A stretch of 64,000 bases of DNA from the NCBI GenBank assembly GCA_964188305.1, contig OZ076886.1; one strand, 5' to 3'. Below the pieces are notes generated by a model, which did no database searches, was not told where the DNA came from, and saw only the letters and a program-made list of their open reading frames with translations. This DNA is from Podarcis bocagei. Taxonomy: Eukaryota. Made by a program: the position numbers and the translations under genes. Below, piece by piece: positions 26,052-37,470 of this stretch. The number at the start of each line of letters is the position of its first letter. Positions within the stretch are counted from its first letter, which is position 1.

Positions 26052-26214
26052 ATTTACATATACTTTTTAAATGTCTCTACTGCACCTTCACTAGAAAACT
26101 TCCATATCAGTTTACAAAATATGTATATTATATTGCACACACTTTGTCTGTTTTTTAGGCTTTTGCTTTATGTGATTGCATTAAAAAAAAACTTGTAAGC
26201 TACCACAAGTGATG

Positions 26215-27040
26215 CAAACATTATTTTATCACAGGGCTATTTTCAACATAAAAATACATAATAAATGAGAACACAGAATACATAATAAAACAAAAACCTT
26301 CAACCAATACCCCCCAATGGCCATAGAATGTTAATCAGCCAAAGTCCTGGTTACAGAGAAACGTTTTTGCCTGGCTCCTAAAAATATATAATGAAGGCAC
26401 CAGGCGAGCATTCCTGGGGAGAGCATTCTACAAACAGGGAGCCACCACAGAAAAGGCCCATTCTTGTGTTGCTGCCGCTCTGGACCTCTCCTGGAGGAGG
26501 CACGTGAAGCAGGGCATCAGATGATGACCACAGGGTCCTGGTCAGTTTATATAGGTAGAAGTGGTCCTTGAGATATTGTGATCCTGGCCATTTAAGCCTT
26601 TATAGTTCAAATCCAGCACTTTGAATTGGGCCCGGAAACTAATTGACAGCCAATGCAGTTGGGCTAGGATTGGTGTTATATGCTTGAACCGTCTTGCCAT
26701 GGTGAGCAATCTGGCCACCGAATTCTGCACCCGCTGAAGTTTCTGAACTTTCTTTGGAGTCAGCCCCACATAACACATTGCAGTAATGTAGCCTAGAGGT
26801 TACCAGAGCATAGACAAAAGAAATTAGGCTATAAGGGCACAGCTGGGCCACCAGCCAAAGCTGATGGAAGGCACTCTGTGACACAGAGGCCACTTGAGCC
26901 TCAAGCAATAGCAATGGATCCAGAATAAGCCCTAAGCTGCATACCCACTCCTTCAGAGGGAGTGTAGCCCCATCAAAAGCACGCAACCTTCCAGCCATCC
27001 AGTCTAGGGAACCACCCACAAACAGTGCCTCAGTCTTATG
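26215..27040 (-). mobile_element. L2-clade LINE 3' fragment
   Basis: LGLILDPLL...ALVTSRLHYCN and KLQRVQNSVARLL...HITPILAQLHWL, frameshifted. Confidence 0.85.
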
Positions 27041-27817
27041 CATTGGAAGGGTGGTGCACAAGTTTTCTAAAATACCCCACTCAGCTCTGCTTCTGAAATT
27101 CATATTCAGGTCAGAAAAGGTCACCTATGAAGCACCTATAACCTTCAGATTGGAAATCATGGAGTTCTAGTCATGCTGCTGGAAGAATTCCAGTTCGACT
27201 CTATGAAAGCTTATGTGCCTTTGCTGTATTCACTTAAAACAAATTGCAGGGAATAGATCCACTTAGCACAAAGAGATAGGGGTTTGTTTGTTTTTATGTA
27301 AGAGCACCTGTTCAAAGAATGATATTTGAACACTTTGGAAATATCTGAGAGAGAGAGAAAGTCAATTGATTCTTTTTGTCAAATAAATCTAAAAGTATTT
27401 TTTAAGTTGTGTCCGGAGGGACAGAAGCTTTTTGAACACAGTTTTCCACATTGTAAACTGCCCCCAAAGCACTCTAGGAATTTTGCAGACTCAGCACACA
27501 GCTGGATAGGTGTTTGTTTGATACTGGGCTAACTGTTGTGGGGCTTTTTCAATCTGCTGTGCATAGTGCAGTGTTGCATTGAAAGATGAATCAGATCTAC
27601 ACAAATTCCAGCTTTTATCTGAATTCACACACAGTGGTGACTTGCAGACCTGCGGACCTGGGACCTTGCTCTATACATCTACAGGCTTCCCAGGTTCATT
27701 TTTTGAACAATTACTATTCGGGCGTGGGGGGGGGAATTGAATATCCCTCTCCTACCCTCTACAATCTCCCCCCCCAAAAAAAAATTTGCCTAAGGTCCCT
27801 CACTAGTCAAATCAATA

Positions 27818-28059
27818 CAGTGGTACCTCGGGTTACATACGCTTCAGGTTACATACGCTTCAGGTTGCAGACTCCACTAACCCAGAAATAGTACCTCGGG
27901 TTAAGAACTTTGCTTCAAGATGAGAACAGAAATCGTGCTCCGGCAGCGCAGCGGCAGCAGGGGGCCCCATTAGCTAAAGTGATGCTTCAGGTTAAGTACA
28001 GTTTCAGGTTAAGAACAGACCTCCAGAACGAATTAAGTTCTTAACCCAAGGTACCACTG
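27818..28059. mobile_element. Tc1/mariner-type MITE
   Basis: TIR CAGTGGTACC, TA TSD, internal repeat GGTTACATACGCTTCA x2. Confidence 0.9.
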
Positions 28060-28606
28060 TACATCCTATAAACACAAAAGGGAAATTCAAGTTATTGTGT
28101 TGTTGGTTTTTGAGGCTTGCTCTGAACCATTATGATGATCCTCATAAATCTGAGTGCAAAATAAAGCTTTAAAGACAGGTTCAGCTAACAGGAGTAAACC
28201 TCCAGATGTTATTAGACTATAAATTTACATTGTGGGATGTTGGAGCCAATGGGATGGGCAATGTCCTTGTCATGTGACGCTAGGCAGGAGCAGAGACTTG
28301 TGGGAAGTAGGCTCAATTCCCCCAGTTTTCTGGATTCAATGAGCAGCAAAGCACCGACAGAGTCTTTGAAATAAAAAAAACTGCCTGCTTCCTCCCTCCT
28401 TGGCTCGGGCAAATCTAAAGGAGCAAATTCACTAGATATCTGACAAGGCAAGGAAATTATAATCAACAGATAGTATCTCCCTATCAGTTCATTGGAGATT
28501 ACCCATGGCAGGGCCTATGTACTCCAGTATCCCTTCTCCCAAATCTACACTTCAGGTAAGACCAATTGTTCTTTCTCATCATTCCCAGCCAGCATAGCTA
28601 ATGGTC

Positions 28607-29198
28607 AAGAATCATAGAATCATAGAGTTGGAATAGACCACAAGGGCCATCGAGTCCAACCCCCTGCCAAGCAGGAAACACCATCAGAGCACTCCTGACA
28701 TATGGTTGTCAAGCCTCTGCTTAAAGACCTCCAAAGTAGGAGACTCCACCACACTCCTTGACAGCAAATTCCACTGTCGAACAGCTCTTACTGTCAGGAA
28801 GTTCTTCCTAATGTTTAGGTGGAATCTTCTTTCTTGTAGTTTGGATCCATTGCTCCGTGTCCGCTTCTCTGGAGCAGCAGAAAACAACCTTTCTCCCTCC
28901 TCTATGTGACATCCTTTTATATATTTGAACATGGCTATCATATCACCCCTTAACCTCCTCTTCTCCAGGCTAAACATGCCCAGCTCCCTTAGCCGTTCCT
29001 CATAAGGCATCGTTTCCAGGCCTTTGACCATTTTGGTTGCCCTCCTCTGGACACGTTCCAGTTTGTCAGTGTCCTTCTTGAACTGTGGTGCCCAGAACTG
29101 GACACAGTACTCCAGGTGAGGTCTGACCAGAGCAGAATACAGTGGCACTATTACTTCCCTTGAGCTAGATGCTATACTCCTATTGATGCAGCCCAGAA
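28607..29198 (-). mobile_element. CR1 LINE, 5'-truncated, young
   Basis: Open ORF2 C-terminus ([20 protein letters not shown]...[11 protein letters not shown]...RLRGDMI) and (ATTCTATG)n tail. Confidence 0.95.
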
Positions 29199-29773
29199 TG
29201 ATGGGAGTCATTTCCAACTACATTGGCTGCCCCTGGTTTATGGGAAGATAATTAAATGACATCTTATGCAGCAACAGGGAACTTCATCCATGCATGAGGG
29301 CTGGCGTTGGAGGGCAGAAAAAGGTGCTTTCTGGAAAATGTAACTAATAGGCAATGAAGATTGGTGTGGTTGATGTCTTCATGGCATATGAGAACTGACA
29401 GGTAGCATGAAGACAGGCTGTGACAGCCCTTCAAAATGACAGCCAGCTCTTTGTGTATGATGTGCCCATGGGGTTGATGTGGTAAAAGCTACAAGCCCAA
29501 GTGATGGGTTTTGCTGCAGTCTGGGAGGGAGGATTTTAGGCTGTTTTTGCAGCTTTTACTTGGTTCAGGAAAAATCACAGCCACCTCAGATATGTCAATA
29601 TTAATACGGTTAGATTTCAGAAACACAAAACTAGGAAAGGGACAAATTGTTGGCATGTGAACTCCAACTGGCCTCCCTGAACTTGCATGCCTCTCTGTCC
29701 TCCATTCTTTCCAGATAACCCACCCAGTTCACAAGACCACTTTTCATATGACCCATCTGTCCTCACAGTGTAT

Positions 29774-29821
<48 letters not shown>

Positions 29822-30893
29822 TTCTCCCCCAATCATGAAAATCATGATCATCATCATTTATTTGCATGCTGCCTTTCCATAGTTAAAACTATGCTCAAGG
29901 TGGCTTAAAACATGGAAAGATTTATGTAATTACAAAAATATAACAAAAGTAGTCATAAACAATAAATAAAAACATATTAAATGTGCAACAAAATTAAACA
30001 ATCATCACATAAGACATAATAAGGTCTAAAATGAAAAATACCAAAAAGAAAAAACAGATTAAAATGAAACTGACAGGGATTTTTTAAAAATAAAAACATT
30101 AAAGAAAGATTTTGATGCTGTAGAAGGAAAACAAGCACAGCTTTATATATCTATATCTCTATATCTATTAGCTGGAAAGTTCCTAGTGTGGCATTGGGCA
30201 CCATTCTAGAGCAAGGGAGCAATTTGCTGGTGTTCATCATCTGACTCCCCAGCACTACTGGCCAGGCTTGATGTGCTGTCTTGCCCTTCTAACATCACAA
30301 GCTGTTTTCCAGCAATTTTGGCTTGCTTGTGGTTAACCTGAACCACCTTGCATTAAGCCTTGTCTCAGTGATGATGACATACAAATATTGTCATCAAATA
30401 TTGCTATTGTCTAGTGCTACCCATGTAGGCAAAAAGGACAGATCCTGAAGAAGCTTACATCTAGAATTCCAAATTTAAATACTATATGAACACCTTCCCT
30501 CCCCCTCCAGTAAGTTGCCTCAGCTCTGTGGGGGCCAGCAAAATTTGTTGGACCAGAGATTATGGAGGCAGAGGGACTAGATGCCAGACCTCAGCACCAT
30601 GACCAAACCTGAGCCAGAACCAGAGGCCATCAGATTGGGAATCCTTGAACTTAGCAACTCCTAAATAAGACTCTCTGGAGTCCATATCCTTGGTGTTTGT
30701 ACATGCATGTGCACATACACATGCATACTCACATATGAGGAACTGACCCCCTCCATGCCAGAGACCCGCATCCCCATCAAAGCAGGTAAGCCTGGAGGAA
30801 ATTGTTTGAAAGGAGGAAGAATAATGAGCTCCTAGTGAGAGAACTGCCACTTTAAGGCCTTCCTCTTCTCAAGGAAGAGGCAGGACTTGGGAG

Positions 30894-31040
30894 CAGTGGC
30901 GTAGCGTGGGGGGTGCAGGGGGGGCCGGCCGCACCGGGCGCAACATCTGGGGGTTAGGGTTAGGGGGCGCAAATCCACGGGTTAGGGGGCACAAATTACT
31001 TGCCTTGCCCCGGGTGCTGACAACCCACACTACGCCACTG
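30894..31040 (+). mobile_element. hAT MITE containing TTAGGG repeats
   Basis: TIR CAGTGGCGTAG(C/T)GTGGG and exact 8-bp TSD CTTGGGAG. Confidence 0.9.
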
Positions 31041-31618
31041 CTTGGGAGGCACAAAAAGGCCCACTCATTTCCTAGACTTCCTTGGATGGAGCTGCTTTCT
31101 AGGAGCTCTCCATGGTGCTGCAGCTTCTGACCTGCGATCTCTGAGCTGCTTCAGGACAAGGTATAATGCCATCCCGAATTGCCTGGGATCTACTCTCTGA
31201 AGTCTAAATTCCAGGTGTTATTTGTGTTTTATTTCACTTGATGTAATGTGTAGGCCCCTTCTGGACTGAGATCTCCAGTCCTGGATAAAATATAATTGTT
31301 TGCTTTACTCTTGGCTTATTATTTCCACCTTTTGCATTTTGACCCTTTTTATCATTCCTTGAACTCCCTATTTAAACTTTATATATAGATTTAACATCCT
31401 GACCATAACTGATCTCCTAGCTCATATCCAATCACATTGTTTATGATTATTTAAATTACATTATTAAAGCTGGAGTTTGGAAGACTGGTCGCTAGGCTGA
31501 ATGGTCGTTACAGCTCCTTCATTGAAATTTCCTTTCCCCAGATTTGGCAAACAAAAGAGACATGATGCATATTATGAAATATTTCTGCAAAGCAGCATAC
31601 TGTCATTTATTATTTTAA

Positions 31619-31661
<43 letters not shown>

Positions 31662-34600
31662 CACACACGCTGTTGCTCTTTGCCTCCAGATGTCCCTTTT
31701 CACAAAACAGATTTTTGAAAGCAAAGGAAGGACTGATTGAAGTTTGTGTGGACACAATCATTCTGCCTGGATACCCACTCTCTAAAGGATGAAGCAATAC
31801 CATCCATATGTTTCATGCTTGTTTTCTACTTATTATGAACAGAGCTCCTTGGAGATGAGCAATCTATAAATATTATGAATTGGTGGGCATGCATAAAATT
31901 TTTGAATGGTTGCCAGCTATGTAATCTGTGTTTTGTTGACCTTCAAAAATATCTCCTTCCTTCCTTTGGCTCCTATTTCTGTATTTACTGTAGCCAGCAG
32001 CCCCCTGCTATATAGCCCTTAGGTTTCCTCCTTCACAGTCCTAAGAAGAACCCTGACTGCTGAGTCCTCTTGCGCTATGTCAGCTCACTCCCCTTAGTCC
32101 TCAAACTCTGTCCTGTGCCTGATAGGCTGTTCCTTTACTCCACCCCATTGGGAACATTTGCCCTCTGACTGGCCTTTCACTATAAGCATCAAATCCTCTG
32201 TAGTTATTTTAATATATCTTTTCTGCCGTTGGCCACTCTTCAGCCTCCATTCTCATCTTCTTGACATTAAACACAAACATTTTAAAGAATATGTAGTCAT
32301 TGGCCCATTTAAGAGCTCGGTATTGTCCACAAGAGGGGTAGCCAACATGGTGCCTTCCAGATGCGGCACTCCCATCAGCCCTAGTGGCTAGGAATGATGA
32401 GAGTTGTAGTCTACACTGACTAGTATCAGCTCTCCCATGCTTCATACAGAGGTGTTTCCCAGCTCTACCAGGAGATGCAGGGATTGAACCCAGGAATTCC
32501 TGCATGCAAAGCACTGAGCTATAGACCCTTTCAGTGTACAAACAACAGCAACCCCCGAGTCTTCTTCCTCAATGTACCCAATACAGGGAAGTTATTTGAG
32601 CTAAATGCATAGAGTTTCCAAGTTGCCACTCTTAACTAGCTCCCTAGAGAAGTGACCATTTTGTGGGAACAAGATAGGGCAGAGCAGGACAGGTCTTTTG
32701 TCATTCTAATATGTGAACTGCTTGGCTGAAGAGCAGGATATAAATATAACATTTCTCCATCCAGACCACCTTCCACTGATGAGGAGCATCTCTTTTATGC
32801 ATCAGGTTTAAAATGTTTTACTTGGAGAAAGTTCTGTGGTTAGAGGGGCTAAATATTTAAACAATTAAACATTACACAAACCCTGATGGACCTAATTGCT
32901 CCTGATACACACATTTGTATGTCATTTTGCCTAATATTTTTTCAGGTCAGATTTCCCTAATATAACATATTTTGTACACATGTTTAAGCATTTTTACCCC
33001 AGTATATGATTATTATTATTTTAGTACACGTTACTTGACTGGACAACTGCACTGCAAAATTCAGAGAAGTTCACATTTTGACGAATTGATGTGTGTCTCG
33101 TTTTGTTTTGGAAAGTGCAAATTTATTAGGTCCGACTTTGGATGAAAATGCATCCAGTTCCTTTCCCATCCCTGGAGGCATGTTCCACAAATGAGTTCAA
33201 CCACCCAGACTAATACTGCATCTGAAAGGGGTAATAAATGCAGGTCTGCACACATTACATGATTGCTGACAGAGAGGCCTCTCAGAAGCATGTTATGCCC
33301 CCACTATAGCAGATCTACAGGGAAATTGCTTTCACTTGAATGGGTCAAGTGTTATGCCACAAACATTAGGCATCCTCACGAAACATCGTCTTATCCCTCC
33401 CAGAAGCTACCAGGGCAGGAAGCAGCCATGCTGATTCAGTGACATTTTCCCTTTTCCTTCTTTGGATGAGCTCTGTAATGTGCATGGAAAATGCAACATC
33501 AGAATACAAAATCAATGTGGATTTGGTACATAAGATATGTGAGGAGGGATCAGCAGTATCATGTGTCATGTGACCAATCGCAGCCCTCAAGCAATGCCCA
33601 GCTTGGGAGGGCTGTTAAATCAATTCCTGTGCAAATGGTCTGTGTCCATGTTCTGACTAAGAGAGTTACTTCTTGCATCAATCATGGCTCAGTTCACAAA
33701 GGCAGAGTCTTCAGCAGGACAATTATTGATAAAAGCACCTTCCACAGCAGCTCTCGATATATTTGCATTTGTACGCTTTTTGAACTCTCCCCCCCCCCTT
33801 TTCTCCCCTCACCTTATCAGACAGCAGCTGCCTGGCTGCATGTGGAATCTAAGAACACATTCATAGAGCAAATCCTTTGGGATGGAGCTCTTAAGCGGGC
33901 AGGCACATGAAATGCAATTGTGACTCGGATACTTGAACTGACCCAGTTTCACCTAAAGAAAAATCCCCCACAGAGCAAGGAGAGAAAAGCTGAATCAGAC
34001 TCTTGTCAAATAGTTCCTATTAAAAGGTGCTAATTCAGCAGCATAGCTATGCTGCCTGTCCTCTGGAGACAAGCATTCTCAAAACACACACACACACATA
34101 TCTATAGGAGGGAGTGGAGAGGGGGGCATTCAAGAAAAAAAGCCACTTTTAGGCTCCATTCAAGTTCTTGGAGCAGGTGGGAGCAGAGACAGCCTTGCGA
34201 GTTCAGGAGGTAGGTGCAGCAAAGCAGGAACATTTTTAGACCGGGATTTCAGAAACCCAAAGCACTTGCAAATGAAACTGTAAAGAACACCTGAGGCTTC
34301 TGTGTTCGTTTGCTTCTGAGGGTGTCTCTGATCACAGCTCAGTCTGAACTGAAGAACTACTTACCCACTGCACTCAGTAGCATTTCATCTTCCCGTGTTC
34401 CTGAAAGTGGCCAGCCCCACACATGCGGGACACCCAGGAACCCACCCACTATCATTACCCCCTCCCCACAGTTTCTGTCAGTCAGGGATTCACTGTTTAA
34501 ACTGGAGGCATTTTGACACGAGGAGGAGACCCAGCTTATCTGAGGTGCTGAGGTGCTTCCAACATTGCAGGGGAGGCTGTTGTGCAAGTGTGGCCTATTG

Positions 34601-36305
34601 TTCTCAGCAGCTGCTGCTGCCAACATGCTTCTCACCCAAGGATTGCTTTCATTTAAGTCCTGCCAGTCACCCCAAGTGGCTCTGCCAAGAGACCTCAGCT
34701 TCTGGCTCCGACTCCAGACAGGAATGGATGTAGACAGCTAGCAGGCTACTGGACTGAACATTTCAGAGTACTGAAATATATGCAGCAGCCGAAGATCTCA
34801 GTGTGGGCTGTCAGTGTCACAGTCTCTAGCCTCATCTGAACACGGAACAAACTATGCTCAAGGCTTTACACCTGGTTCCCTGACTCCAGACGACACAAGT
34901 CAAAACTGCAGTATGCATCTGGCCCAGTTTCATCAAGATTTCCAAAGGTTCACCCTATTTGTTCCCTGGTCCCTAGACTGAATCAGTGCCTCAAAAAAAT
35001 ATCAGAGCTTAGCTCCCAGTAAGGAAGAACTGTCAGTGATGGATCTGCACAGGACTGCTGGCCTTCTAACATTGCTATAGCCTCTTGGGAAGAAAGCATC
35101 ATGTAGATGCACCGTCATTCATTCCTATCTCAGCAGCAGCAAGAATTGTCCCAGAAAAAAGGAAATGTTCAGGAAGCATCACTACATCACTTGCACTAGC
35201 TGAAGCTTGTTGCACAACCAGGAGTATTAGGGCTACAGCAATCAGTTGAGCAGTCAGGCACCAGGAGCATGCTTTCTTCCTGCACTTTCTCCTGTGCAAG
35301 CCATTCTGCTAGCACAACTAGTACACCACTCAGGGACTTTAAATTAGGGCTACACTGAATTCCTTCCCAAATCTCTTAGCCAGCAAACTTCACTGTCAAG
35401 CTGGACGCACGCTGAATCACCACATAGCAAACAACCCTTCCAAGTTGGTCCACAATTTCCCCATCCTCTTGCCATGTAAACAAACTTCTCTCTCTTTTTC
35501 AGTACCACAAGTGAGGCCCGAATTGCCTCAGAGAAGGGTGCACCCCTTGCAGAGGTGTGTGAATTCCTCTCCATGTTTCCCATGAATAGCTGTCCCCTTT
35601 TTTCTATGAATTCATTTTGTTCTCCCTTGTACCTTCGACAAACTGTGACTGAACTGAGACTTCCTGGCTTGAAGCAAGTGGTGGGTGGGTGAGGGTGAGG
35701 TGACAGAGCAAATTTCAGAGTCACATGCATGAGCAGAAATGACATTTCAAGATCACACATCCCAAGAGTGCTAGGACACTTGCCCACCCAGAGAACAAGA
35801 GGCGAAACGCCTAGGAATCTCAAACCAGTCACAGCAGTGAAGACATTTCAAACACAAGCAGTCAAGGTCCCCAAGATTCAAAGTGTTATTCCCTGAATAA
35901 ATGAAAAGAGGGGACAGGTGCCAGGAAAATGTCACTGGCCATCAGAGACACCAGGGGCACACTAAGGAAAGGACGTGCAGATCCTACTTTTCTGTCTCAG
36001 ATCGTCATGTGGGCAAAGCACAACAAAACCCACCAGAAACCAGCTAGTGCTTAAGGATGGGGGCGGGCGGGCACAATTGATTAATTAAGATATTGCCTAT
36101 TTCTTGCTACTTCTTTTAAAAAAGGTCCCTATTTTCAGATTCTGGTGGACCCAACATCTGGCCAACATCAATCAAACAGTTACTTGGGTTCCCCAATGAA
36201 GAGAGACACTAAAGTGTAAAGTGTGCATAGCAATCTATATATTAGTGAAAATAACTTAGAAAAATGCATTATATAAAGAAAAACCGCTTTGCAAAAATGT
36301 ATATA

Positions 36306-36920
36306 AAGGTAAAGGTAAAGGACCCCTGACAGTTAAGTCCAGTTGCAGATGACTCTGGGGTTGTGGCGTTTATCTCGCTTTACTGGCCGAGGGAGCCTGT
36401 GTTTGTCCACAGACAGTTTATCCGGGTCATGTGGCCAGCATGACTAAGCCACTTCTGGCGAAACCAGAGCAGCGCATGGAAATGCTGTTTACCTTCCTGC
36501 CGGAGCAGTGCCTATTTATCTACAGTGGTACCTTGGGTTAAGTACTTAATTTGTTCCAGAGGTCCGTTCTTAACCTGAAACTGTTCTTAACCTGAAGCAC
36601 CACTTTAGCTAATGGGGCCTTCTGCTGCCGCCGCGCCACCAAAGCACGATTTCTGTTCTCATCCTGAAGCAAAGTTCTTAACCCGAGGTACTATTTCTGG
36701 GTTAGCAGAGTCTGTAATCTGAACGTATGTAACCTGAAGCGTATGTAACCCGAGGTACCACTGTGCTTGCACTTTGATGTGCTTTCGAACTGCTAGGTTG
36801 GCAGGAGCTGGGACCGAGCAATGGGAGCTCACCCCGTTGCAGGAATTTGAACCTCCGACCTTCTGATAAAGCAAGCCCAAGAGGCTCAGTGGTTTTAGAC
36901 CACAGCGCCACCCATGTCCC
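36306..36920 (-). mobile_element. Sauria SINE interrupted by a Tc1/mariner MITE
   Basis: Same body as the 13023 copy, split at a TA by the element at 36523-36763. Confidence 0.9.
36523..36763. mobile_element. Same MITE family, inverted, inside a Sauria SINE
   Basis: Both TIRs present; inserted at the SINE's TTTATC-TA-CTTGCAC. Confidence 0.9.
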
Positions 36921-36926
36921 GTAAAA

Positions 36927-36974
<48 letters not shown>

Positions 36975-36977
<3 letters not shown>

Positions 36978-37470
36978 AAGAATATCTTTATTGTCATTGC
37001 CCCCTTCGGGGACAACGAAATTACTTGACTGCTCCATAAAAACACTAATTAAACAATACAATATAATACAGCAAGGGAGATTAGATGACTTTCAAAGTCT
37101 GGGCTTCCCATTCAGGGCCGAGATCGCTCTGGAGAAGAAGCTGTTCTTAAGACGACTCGTTCTTGTCTTCATCGACCTGTATCTCCGTCCCGACGGCAGG
37201 AGCTCGAAGAGACAGTGACCAGGATGCGATGGATCTTTTACTACGTCCAGTGCCTTCCTATGGCACCTTGTGGCATAAATCTGCTCTAAGGTGGAGAGTG
37301 GGCAGCCAACAATGCTCTCTGCTGCCTTAACAACCCTGCACAACCCCATCCTGTCCTGGGTAGTACAGCTTCCGTACCACACACATAAGCCATATGTGAG
37401 CACGCTCTCAATGGCACAGTGGTAGAAGGCAAGCAGCAGTTTCTGCGGAAGATATATATGACAAAACTGC
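36975..37470 (-). mobile_element. Rex1/Babar LINE 3' fragment
   Basis: FYHCAIESVLTYGLCVWYGSC...DPSHPGHCLFELLPSGRRYRSMKTRTSRLKNSFF is the typical Rex1/Babar ORF C-terminus. Confidence 0.9.

Noticed and set aside
30950-30990. True interstitial telomere or chromosome-fusion scar
   Set aside because: Only a few hexamers, which are part of a transposon present twice with different TSDs.
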